Assembly (NCBI RefSeq): GCF_046569695.1 | Contig: NZ_JBKHUI010000003.1 | Location: forward strand, 160,662-184,661 | Length of the DNA: 24,000 nt | Source: Kluyvera sp. 142486 | GTDB taxonomy: Bacteria > Pseudomonadota > Gammaproteobacteria > Enterobacterales > Enterobacteriaceae | Direction: 5' to 3' | In this document: piece by piece, positions 16,443-23,768 of the stretch | Layout of the letters: every line of letters begins with the position of its first letter | How positions within the stretch are numbered: position 1 is the first letter of the stretch | Position numbers and translations under genes: made by a program | The notes under the pieces: model-generated | What the model was told of the DNA's origin: nothing | The model's input: the letters and a program-made list of their open reading frames with translations, nothing else | Databases searched by the model: none

Positions 16443-17714
16443 TCAGTGCGGTTTTTTCGCCATTTCATAGGCGGCAGGCAGGTTCAGACGCTGCCAGAAC
16501 TGCTGGTCAGCGGTGGTGCCTGAAAGCGGATAGCCCGCCGGCAGCGCGCTTTTCACCATCAACGCACGACGCTGTGCAGCTGAGAGGTTCGGCAGCGCCG
16601 CTTCCAGCAGCACTTCAGCGCCCTGCGGCACCGTGATGCTCTGTTTTTCACCCTTCTGCTGCGGCAGGTCGTAGGTCATGGTGAAACGGTAGAAGTCACG
16701 CATCGCCGGGTCGCGGTACGGGTCATCTTTCCCCGCCGTTTTCGCACACTCGGCAAGCGTCGTGCCGCACTCTTTCTCCAGCGCCGCACGTAGCTGGTCG
16801 CGAGCTTCGTTAAACAGCGTGCGGTACTTCGCGTCGTTCAGGTAGTGGGCGACATTACGCTGCGCCACCATGCGGGAGCCCATCACATCCAGCGGGTAGT
16901 GCACGCCGAGCACGATACGCGAGTAGCCATAGCGCGCACCGCGAGTGACCAGCGCGTCAAAACGCTCCGGGATCATCTCCGCCATCAGCAGCGCGTCGGT
17001 GTAGCCGGTATTGGTGTGTCCGCTTGGGAACGAGCCGCCGTCGGCGGTATACGGATGGTTATCTTTAATCACCACGTCGTCCGGTACCAGGTGAATGGTG
17101 TTACCCTGAATCAGGAACGGGCGCGGGTTATTAAAGTGTTTTTTCGCCGCGCTGGTGCTCACCTCGGAGGCTTTAATCAGCGCTGCGGCTTTGCTGAGTT
17201 CATCTTTGTCGTAGGCCGCGATAAACGCTTTGCCCAAACGTGGCCCCATCGCATCGCTCAGGAAGTAGAGGTGGTTGATACCTTCCGCATCCGCCAGCGC
17301 CTGGTGGCGAGCGGTTTGGGTTGCATCACGGTTAATATCGGTCACCGTTGCCAGGTTCTGCTTCACCACCGTCTCCGGCAGAGTGCTAAACGCCGAGAGC
17401 AGCTCGATACCGGCCTGCTGATTAGCTTTAGTCTGGAAGTCATAGCCGCTGGCCTTGAGCCAGGCTTTATCGGCCTGCGTTTTGTTCTGTTTCGCTTTTT
17501 CCAGCTGATCGCGGGTGAGCGTCGACGCATCCCCTTTCAGCGCCGTACGCAGCGCCGTCAGCGATTGCCCTTCCAGCGCATCAAACGCCGGGCTGACCGC
17601 CGTTGGGGTAACGGTGGTGGCGATAGCTGCCGCCTGATTCACAGAAACGTCTTTTGCCAGTACCGGCATTGCCAGCGCCATCGCGGCGGCCAGCAGTGTG
17701 ATTTGCAGTTTCAT
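16443..17714 (-). CDS. Secreted PAP2-superfamily (class A-like) acid phosphatase, long form (~423 aa)
   Basis: All three PAP2 motifs are present: KKHFNNPRP (KX6RP), PSGH, and SRIVLGVHYPLD (SRX5HX3D). I prefer the ATG at 17714 (MKLQITLLAAAMALAMPVLA|KD, a signal peptide, with AAGGA 8 nt upstream) over the TTG at 17732 used by the ORF track. Confidence 0.85.
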   Translation of the reverse strand: MKLQITLLAAAMALAMPVLAKDVSVNQAAAIATTVTPTAVSPAFDALEGQSLTALRTALKGDASTLTRDQLEKAKQNKTQADKAWLKASGYDFQTKANQQAGIELLSAFSTLPETVVKQNLATVTDINRDATQTARHQALADAEGINHLYFLSDAMGPRLGKAFIAAYDKDELSKAAALIKASEVSTSAAKKHFNNPRPFLIQGNTIHLVPDDVVIKDNHPYTADGGSFPSGHTNTGYTDALLMAEMIPERFDALVTRGARYGYSRIVLGVHYPLDVMGSRMVAQRNVAHYLNDAKYRTLFNEARDQLRAALEKECGTTLAECAKTAGKDDPYRDPAMRDFYRFTMTYDLPQQKGEKQSITVPQGAEVLLEAALPNLSAAQRRALMVKSALPAGYPLSGTTADQQFWQRLNLPAAYEMAKKPH

Positions 17715-17907
17715 TATTTTCCTTTTATTCAAACAATTACCTTGCCTGCCGTTGACGCTAAACCCGTGACTTGACGTTTTTATGACACGTTCATGTTTTG
17801 CAACATTATTGCCACAAATAGAAACGACACCGCGCCACAGCGGTAATCTGCCCGGATCTGCGGTAAACTGTCAGCTATCTTGTTTAATTCCCGGAATATC
17901 CGCACCC

Positions 17908-18750
17908 ATGCTCAGTTATCGCCACAGCTTTCACGCAGGCAACCACGCCGACGTTTTAAAACACACCGTTCAGAGTCTGATCATTGAATCGCTGAAAGAG
18001 AAAGAGAAGCCGTTTCTCTATCTGGACACCCACGCCGGGGCAGGCCGCTATCAGCTGAGTGGCGAGCACGCCGAAAAAACCGGGGAATACCTGGAAGGGA
18101 TTGCCCGCATCTGGCAGCAGGACGACCTGCCGGAAGAGCTGGTGCCGTATATCTCGGTGGTCAAACACTTCAACCGCACCGACCAGCTGCGCTACTACCC
18201 AGGCTCCCCACTGATTGCCCGCCAGCTGCTGCGCGAGCAGGACAGCCTGCAGATGACCGAGCTGCATCCAAGCGACTTCCCGCTGCTGCGCTCTGAATTC
18301 CAGAAAGATAACCGCGCCCGCGTTGACCGTGCCGACGGCTACCAGCAGCTGAAAGCCAAGCTGCCGCCGGTTTCTCGTCGCGGCCTGATCCTTATCGACC
18401 CGCCGTACGAAATTAAAACCGACTACCAGGCAGTGGTAAGCGGTATCAACGATGGCTACAAGCGTTTTGCCACCGGCACCTATGCCCTGTGGTATCCAGT
18501 GGTGCTGCGCCAGCAAATCAAGCGCATGATCCGTGACCTCGAAGAGACCGGCATCCGCAAAATTCTGCAAATTGAGCTGGCGGTACGCCCGGACAGCGAT
18601 CAGCGCGGTATGACTGCCTCCGGCATGATTGTGATTAACCCGCCGTGGAAGCTGGAAGCGCAGATGAACAACGTGCTGCCGTGGCTGCACAGCAAGCTGG
18701 TTCCAGCAGGTACCGGGCACACGCTGGTAAACTGGATCGTGCCGGAGTAA
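17908..18750 (+). CDS. rlmJ: 23S rRNA (adenine2030-N6)-methyltransferase RlmJ (YhiR)
   Basis: From the internal start MLSYRHSFHAGNHADVLKHTVQSLIIESLKEKEKPFLYLDTHAGAGRYQL, the protein is 280 aa and colinear with recalled E. coli RlmJ, including the DPPYE motif. The 42-codon upstream extension in the track is not supported. Confidence 0.93.
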   Translation: MLSYRHSFHAGNHADVLKHTVQSLIIESLKEKEKPFLYLDTHAGAGRYQLSGEHAEKTGEYLEGIARIWQQDDLPEELVPYISVVKHFNRTDQLRYYPGSPLIARQLLREQDSLQMTELHPSDFPLLRSEFQKDNRARVDRADGYQQLKAKLPPVSRRGLILIDPPYEIKTDYQAVVSGINDGYKRFATGTYALWYPVVLRQQIKRMIRDLEETGIRKILQIELAVRPDSDQRGMTASGMIVINPPWKLEAQMNNVLPWLHSKLVPAGTGHTLVNWIVPE

Positions 18751-18854
18751 TCGCAGGCATCGGTGGAACCTATCAGTTTCAGGTATACAATCGCGAGTAT
18801 TTTGGCGGGTAGCACGATGCTCACCCGCTCAACATTGAACATTCAGGAGCGGCC

Positions 18855-20207
18855 ATGACCAAACATTATGACTACATCGCCATTGGCGGCGGCAGCGGCG
18901 GTATCGCCTCCATTAACCGCGCAGCCATGTATGGCCAGAAGTGCGCGTTAATCGAAGCCAAAGATCTCGGCGGTACCTGCGTGAACGTCGGCTGCGTGCC
19001 GAAAAAAGTGATGTGGCATGCCGCGCAGATCCGCGAAGCGATTCATATGTATGGCCCGGATTACGGTTTCGACACCACCATCAACAACTTCGATTGGGAC
19101 AAGCTGGTTGCCAGCCGCACTGCCTATATCGACCGTATTCATACCTCTTACGATAACGTACTGGGTAAGAACAAGGTTGACGTAATCAAAGGCTTTGCAC
19201 GCTTTGTTGACGCTAAAACCATCGAAGTGAACGGCGAGACGATCACCGCCGATCATATCCTGATCGCGACAGGCGGCCGTCCAAGCCACCCGAATATTCC
19301 AGGCGTGGAATACGGTATCGACTCCGACGGTTTCTTCGAGCTGCCGGCGCTGCCGAAGCGCGTTGCCGTGGTGGGCGCAGGCTATATCGCCGTGGAACTG
19401 GCGGGTGTTATCAACGGTCTGGGTTCTGAAACCCACCTGTTCGTGCGTAAACACGCGCCGCTGCGCAGCTTCGACCCGTTAATCGTCGAGACACTCCTTG
19501 AGGTGATGAACGCCGAAGGCCCGCAGCTGCACACCAACGCCATTCCAAAAGCCGTGGTCAAGAATGCCGATGGCAGCCTGACTCTGGCGCTGGAAGATGG
19601 CCGCAGCCAGACCGTCGACTGCCTGATTTGGGCGATTGGTCGCGAACCGGCGAACGATAACTTCAATCTGGCGGCTACGGGCGTGAAAACCAACGATAAA
19701 GGCTACATCGTCGTTGATAAGTTCCAGAATACCAACGTTCCGGGCATTTATGCCGTAGGCGATAACACCGGTGCGGTAGAGCTGACTCCGGTGGCGGTGG
19801 CCGCAGGTCGTCGTCTCTCCGAGCGTCTGTTTAACAACAAACCGGATGAGCATCTGGACTACAGCAATATCCCGACCGTGGTCTTCAGCCACCCGCCAAT
19901 CGGCACCGTAGGCTTAACCGAGCCGCAGGCGCGCGAGCAGTATGGCGACGATGCCGTGAAGGTCTATAAATCCTCCTTCACCGCGATGTATACCGCCGTA
20001 ACCTCGCACCGCCAGCCGTGCCGTATGAAGCTGGTGTGCGTTGGCCCGGAAGAGAAGATCGTCGGTATCCACGGTATTGGCTTCGGCATGGATGAAATCC
20101 TGCAAGGCTTCGCCGTGGCGCTGAAAATGGGCGCAACCAAGAAGGACTTCGACAACACCGTGGCGATTCACCCTACGGCGGCGGAAGAGTTTGTCACCAT
20201 GCGCTAA
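18855..20207 (+). CDS. gor: Glutathione-disulfide reductase
   Basis: 450-aa ORF starting [19 protein letters not shown], with the redox-active disulfide [13 protein letters not shown] and the C-terminal [17 protein letters not shown] lies upstream of the ATG. Confidence 0.96.
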   Translation: MTKHYDYIAIGGGSGGIASINRAAMYGQKCALIEAKDLGGTCVNVGCVPKKVMWHAAQIREAIHMYGPDYGFDTTINNFDWDKLVASRTAYIDRIHTSYDNVLGKNKVDVIKGFARFVDAKTIEVNGETITADHILIATGGRPSHPNIPGVEYGIDSDGFFELPALPKRVAVVGAGYIAVELAGVINGLGSETHLFVRKHAPLRSFDPLIVETLLEVMNAEGPQLHTNAIPKAVVKNADGSLTLALEDGRSQTVDCLIWAIGREPANDNFNLAATGVKTNDKGYIVVDKFQNTNVPGIYAVGDNTGAVELTPVAVAAGRRLSERLFNNKPDEHLDYSNIPTVVFSHPPIGTVGLTEPQAREQYGDDAVKVYKSSFTAMYTAVTSHRQPCRMKLVCVGPEEKIVGIHGIGFGMDEILQGFAVALKMGATKKDFDNTVAIHPTAAEEFVTMR

Positions 20208-20226
20208 GCCGCATTGCCTGAACGAC

Positions 20227-20256
20227 AAAAAGCCAGACGGATGTCTGGCTTTTTTT
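20227..20256. terminator. Bidirectional rho-independent terminator after gor (also faces the convergent MipA-like gene)
   Basis: 8-bp stem AGCCAGAC/GTCTGGCT (20231-20238 / 20243-20250) with a GGAT loop. It is flanked by AAAAA upstream and a 7-T run downstream. Confidence 0.88.
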
Positions 20257-20289
20257 ATGGACGTTTCCCGTGGTTTGGCACGAAACAAT

Positions 20290-20320
20290 GTAGCCCGGCC
20301 AAGCGAAGCGCCGCCGGGAC
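20290..20320. repeat. Single REP-like unit
   Basis: GTAGCCCGGCCAAGCGAAGCGCCGCCGGGAC has the GTAGCCCGG head and a CCGGG inverted tail. It lies between the gor terminator and the MipA-like stop codon. Confidence 0.5.
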
Positions 20321-20331
20321 TGCACCGCCGT

Positions 20332-21072
20332 CTAAAACCGCCAACTCACCCCAGTCAGCACGATAAAACTCCCATCACGATCGACCATCGGGCTATTTTT
20401 AATCTCATCCGGCAGCACGCTATAGCTCGCGTTTGCCGTCAGCATCAGGTTGTTGGTCAGCGGGTATTTCATCGTCAACCCAACGTACGGCATCCAGCTG
20501 CTGCCCGGCGACCATTGCGCTAAGCCACTGCGACGAGACTCCGCACCCGACACACCGTAGTAATACCGGTTGAAGCTATCGTCATAGTAATACACCCCCA
20601 GCACAGGGATAATCGCCATCCTGCCCATCGGCAGCACGCGGAAATAGGAGAGTTCGCCGACCCAGCCGTTGCTGTTATCCAGAATATCCGCCGCCGCCGA
20701 AACCTTCAGACTGCCCCACTTTTCATGGTGATACCACGCCGCACCAGCCATTGCGGTGCTATTGCGCTTATCCAGTTGCTTCATGGCGCTGTCGTCATTA
20801 TCCGACGGATCGAAGGTCAGCGGCAGCCAGGAAGCCGTCAGGCTGACTTCATCGCGCTTATTTTTAAATAATGCGTAGCCTAGCGTGGTCTGACGAATAT
20901 AAAACGAATCACCTTCATAATTAACGATAGGCACCGCGTGAGTAGTTTCATTATATCCGCGATAAATAGACTCATTAAATACCGCCCCCGCCCCAACTGA
21001 TAGCGCCGCCGATGATGCACCTGAAATAAAAGATAGCGATAAAAGTAGCGCAACATTACGCTTAATTGACAT
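20332..21072 (-). CDS. MipA/OmpV family outer-membrane protein (MltA-interacting protein paralogue)
   Basis: 246-aa ORF with a signal peptide (MSIKRNVALLLSLSFISGASSAA) and a C-terminal aromatic residue (..GVSWRF). Family-typical segments include VPIVNYEGDSFY, YYYGVSGAESRRSGL and SPMVDRD, which parallel recalled E. coli MipA. Confidence 0.82.
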   Translation of the reverse strand: MSIKRNVALLLSLSFISGASSAALSVGAGAVFNESIYRGYNETTHAVPIVNYEGDSFYIRQTTLGYALFKNKRDEVSLTASWLPLTFDPSDNDDSAMKQLDKRNSTAMAGAAWYHHEKWGSLKVSAAADILDNSNGWVGELSYFRVLPMGRMAIIPVLGVYYYDDSFNRYYYGVSGAESRRSGLAQWSPGSSWMPYVGLTMKYPLTNNLMLTANASYSVLPDEIKNSPMVDRDGSFIVLTGVSWRF

Positions 21073-21153
21073 TCCCGTTGTTCCAACCTAATATAATATC
21101 CTGATGCCAAATATGATAATGTTCGTATTAATATTGATGCAATCGCAATATTT

Positions 21154-21167
21154 ATATAGATCTATAT
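21154..21167. promoter_or_regulatory. 14-bp perfect palindrome ATATAGATCTATAT (central GATC) in the MipA-like / LysR divergent region
   Basis: Read directly from the sequence. It lies 24 bp upstream of the LysR ATG, flanked by ATTTATATA(TA)G direct repeats in a very AT-rich 118-bp intergenic region. Confidence 0.3.
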
Positions 21168-21190
21168 CAATTTATATATAGAGCCGGGCA

Positions 21191-22135
21191 ATGAAGAAAC
21201 TTCAGATTAAGCCTCAGGAATTAAAAATAATATCGGTGGTGGCCGCCAGCGAAAATATCAGCCACGCCGCCACCGTGCTGGGCATGGCGCAGGCCAACGT
21301 CAGCCGCTACCTCTCTGATGTTGAAGCAAAAGTGGGGCTTAAAATCTTTGAGCGCACCTCACGTAAGCTCACGCTGACCCGCTTTGGTGAGTCGCTGCTT
21401 CCCTACGTTAACGATCTGTTGGAAAAAGAAAACCAGCTTAATAATTTCGTGGCTGACTATAAGCATGAGAAAAATGGCCGCGTCACAATTTACTCACCGA
21501 CAATGATTAACGCCTACCTGGCACGTAACGTGGTAAATACCATAAAAGATATCGGCAATATCAGCTTATATTTGAAAACGTTCAATCTGGAACGAAAATC
21601 ATTTTATGAAGGTTCCGAATTCCCCGATGATTGCGACATTTTAATTTCCTGCGTTCAGCCAAAAAATGAATCCTTAGTGGCGAGTTTTATCGCGAAATAT
21701 GCGGTCAGCGCCTACGCCAGCACCCAGTATCTGATGGAACACCCAATCACCTCGCCGGACGACCTCGACAAGCACTCCTGCATTCTGATGGATTCGATGC
21801 TGATTAATGACGCCAATATCTGGCGCTTTAGCCTCGCCGGAAGCCAGGAGATTCGCGACTTTCGCGTCACCGGCAACTATATCTGTGATAACACGCAGTC
21901 GGCGCTGGAACTGGCGCGCAACGGGCTTGGGATTGTTTTTGCGCCGAAAAGTAGCGTACAGGCCGATATTCAATCCGGGGTACTCGCCCCCTGCTTCGCC
22001 GAACAGTACGAATGGTGGCTCGATCTGGTGGCTATCTACCGCAAACGTGAATACCAGCCGTGGCGAGTGCAGTTTATTCTGGATGAGGTTCTGGAGGAGC
22101 TTCGTCGTCAGGTGGCGCTGCCACGACAGGGATAA
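21191..22135 (+). CDS. LysR-type transcriptional regulator
   Basis: 314-aa ORF with an N-terminal wHTH (LKIISVVAASENISHAATVLGMAQANVSRYLSDVEAKVGLKIFERTSRKLTLTRFGESL) and an LTTR-length effector domain. Confidence 0.85.
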   Translation: MKKLQIKPQELKIISVVAASENISHAATVLGMAQANVSRYLSDVEAKVGLKIFERTSRKLTLTRFGESLLPYVNDLLEKENQLNNFVADYKHEKNGRVTIYSPTMINAYLARNVVNTIKDIGNISLYLKTFNLERKSFYEGSEFPDDCDILISCVQPKNESLVASFIAKYAVSAYASTQYLMEHPITSPDDLDKHSCILMDSMLINDANIWRFSLAGSQEIRDFRVTGNYICDNTQSALELARNGLGIVFAPKSSVQADIQSGVLAPCFAEQYEWWLDLVAIYRKREYQPWRVQFILDEVLEELRRQVALPRQG

Positions 22136-22219
22136 ACCGCTCGTTTTAAGGCGGTTCAAGAACCCTCTACATCTACGCCGCCGAAAAATGGCGGTCGTCG
22201 AAACGACTTATTTGTGATA

Positions 22220-22232
22220 AATAATAATTATT
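22220..22232. promoter_or_regulatory. Fur-box-like palindrome AATAAT-A-ATTATT upstream of the yncE homologue
   Basis: Perfect 6-1-6 palindrome. It matches 10/13 to the GATAAT-C-ATTATC core of the Fur consensus, and GATA lies immediately upstream. It sits 74-86 bp before the ATG at 22306. E. coli yncE is known to be Fur-repressed. Confidence 0.4.
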
Positions 22233-22305
22233 CTCATTCTTATTAAAAGATCCCACCGTCGCTCTACCACGGTCGGGAACCGTTTATCCCATGATGGAGT
22301 TTCGA

Positions 22306-23394
22306 ATGGTATCGTTATTCAGCCCGCGTAAAACGGCGCTCTGCGCCGCGCTTGTCGCCGCTTTTACCCTTCCTGCACTGCCCGCCCTCGCCGAAAATGC
22401 GCAGCCTGCCGAAAGCGCCGCCGCGCTGAAAACAGCCGCTTCCGTCACTCAGCATGAGCTGGGCGATGGTCTGTACGAAATGGCGCTGTTCTCCGGCGAG
22501 AAATCGCTGTTTGTTGCCAGCGCGCAGAGCTTTAAAGATGTCAACGGCGGCGTGATTTACCGCCTCGACCCCACCACCCTTGCCGTCACGGGGACCACCC
22601 ATACCGACCTGAAAAACTTTGGTACGGCGGTCGATGACGATGGCAAAACGTTTTACGTCACCAACTCGCTGGATGGTGGCGTGTCAAAAGTAGAAGCTAA
22701 AAGCGGTAAGGTACTGCAGCGCCTGACGCTGGATGGAAAAGGCAAAGACGGCAACCCGGCGGGCGCACGTGAAGTGTTGTTCCATAACGGCCTGCTGTTT
22801 ATCGGCCGTGTCGCCGATCCGGGCTTTATCTCGGTGGTAGATGCCAAAACCATGACCCAGAAGGCGCGTATTGATAACGCGGGCAAATGGGTTACCGGCA
22901 TCATCTACTCACCGGTAACGAAGCGTATTTATGCCACCAATGGCGCTGGCGAAGTGCTGGTTATCAACCCGCAAAGCTATAAGATTGAGCAGCGCTGGAC
23001 GCCGGGCGATGGCAAAGAGTACCTGCTGCTGAATATGGCGGAAGACCCAAAAACCGGACGTCTGTTCGTTACTGACGATTCGAAAGCCAAAACCACGCTG
23101 GTGTTTGATGAGCACACCGGTAAGGTCATTAAACGCATTGAGGGCGACGCGCTGGGGATCAAGTTTGACGCGAAGCGCAATGAGATTTTCATCAGCCAGC
23201 GTGAGTCGAAGAAGGTGCTGCGCCTGGATGCCACTAGCTATGCCGTGAAGCAGAGCTGGGACTTCACCACTCACCCAAACAGCCTGCTGCTCTCCGATGA
23301 TGGCAACACGCTGTACGTCACGCTGAAGCAAGACTTTAATAAAGACTACTCGACGAAGGGGCCGGATAGCGTAGCGCGTATCGCGCTGAACTAG
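22306..23394 (+). CDS. yncE: YncE-family periplasmic seven-bladed beta-propeller protein
   Basis: It has a signal peptide (MVSLFSPRKTALCAALVAAFTLPALPALA|EN). Segments GGVIYRLDPTTLAVTG and THPNSLLLSDDGNTLYVTLKQ...VARIAL parallel recalled E. coli YncE (GGVVYRLDPVTLEVTQ; THPNSLALSADGKTLYVSVKQ...VIRIAL). I prefer the ATG at 22306 (GGAG 6 nt upstream) over 22291. Confidence 0.8.
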   Translation: MVSLFSPRKTALCAALVAAFTLPALPALAENAQPAESAAALKTAASVTQHELGDGLYEMALFSGEKSLFVASAQSFKDVNGGVIYRLDPTTLAVTGTTHTDLKNFGTAVDDDGKTFYVTNSLDGGVSKVEAKSGKVLQRLTLDGKGKDGNPAGAREVLFHNGLLFIGRVADPGFISVVDAKTMTQKARIDNAGKWVTGIIYSPVTKRIYATNGAGEVLVINPQSYKIEQRWTPGDGKEYLLLNMAEDPKTGRLFVTDDSKAKTTLVFDEHTGKVIKRIEGDALGIKFDAKRNEIFISQRESKKVLRLDATSYAVKQSWDFTTHPNSLLLSDDGNTLYVTLKQDFNKDYSTKGPDSVARIALN

Positions 23395-23397
23395 TCT

Positions 23398-23462
23398 GGC
23401 CTACGGGTCCATCCAGCACGGTGCAACATCGTGCTGGATGGCGTTTCGCTCACCCGGCCTAC
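23398..23462. repeat. REP/BIME-like palindromic element downstream of the yncE homologue
   Basis: Perfect 12-bp stem CCATCCAGCACG/CGTGCTGGATGG (23409-23420 / 23430-23441) with a 9-nt loop, bracketed by GGCCTAC at 23398-23404 and 23456-23462. No T-run follows, so it is REP-like rather than a canonical terminator. Confidence 0.6.
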
Positions 23463-23672
23463 ATTATTTACGCTTTAGAAACATGTGTTTATTATTCGCT
23501 TTCTTTTATACCGCTTTTTTACCCGGCCATCACCGCCAGGATAATAACCCACTAAAATAATCATCATTGATTATTTTTATAACCCATTATGGGCATTCAG
23601 TTAATACTTTATTATTGATGATTATTGCTATGCCGATCATATCTGAAGTATGTTATTTTGTGAGTGCAATTA

Positions 23673-23709
23673 ATTAAACAATTCGGTCTTTTTTATTAAA
23701 CAATCCGGT
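23673..23709 (+). promoter_or_regulatory. Two 15-bp direct repeats ATTAAACAAT(T/C)CGGT spaced 22 bp start-to-start, abutting the promoter of the last LysR gene
   Basis: Copies at 23673-23687 and 23695-23709 are 14/15 identical. The second ends 1 nt before the candidate -35 element. Confidence 0.4.
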
Positions 23710-23710
23710 A

Positions 23711-23739
23711 TATACAGCGTCATGCCCCCTCCGTATAAT
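23711..23739 (+). promoter_or_regulatory. Candidate sigma70 promoter for the terminal LysR gene
   Basis: TATACA (23711-23716), an exact 17-bp spacer, then consensus TATAAT (23734-23739). AAGG lies 7 nt upstream of the ATG at 23769. Confidence 0.5.
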
Positions 23740-23768
23740 TTCGCGCTGTCGTACATTAAGGTTAAGTT

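Noticed and set aside
16845-18720. 309-aa (16845-17774, +) and 254-aa (17956-18720, -) ORFs
   Set aside because: They are codon-aligned antisense shadows of the PAP2 phosphatase and rlmJ respectively. They have no start-site signals, and the partner strands carry complete catalytic motifs or orthologue-length matches.
21807-22217. 136-aa plus-strand ORF overlapping the 3' end of the LysR gene and the following intergenic region
   Set aside because: It is an alternative frame of the LTTR gene with Arg/Trp-rich junk-like sequence and no RBS. The intergenic part is needed for the yncE-homologue promoter and Fur-like box.
23483-23680. Several tiny ORFs in the AT-rich region before the last LysR gene, e.g. 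the hydrophobic 25-aa MCLLFAFFYTAFLPGHHRQDNNPLK (from 23483), a 19-aa MIIAMPIISEVCYFVSAIN (from 23618), and a 30-aa minus-strand ORF, considered as possible type I toxins or small membrane proteins
   Set aside because: None has a Shine-Dalgarno sequence, a promoter-terminator pair or a complementary antisense RNA structure that I can see. AT-rich DNA produces such ORFs by chance, so the sequence alone does not support them.
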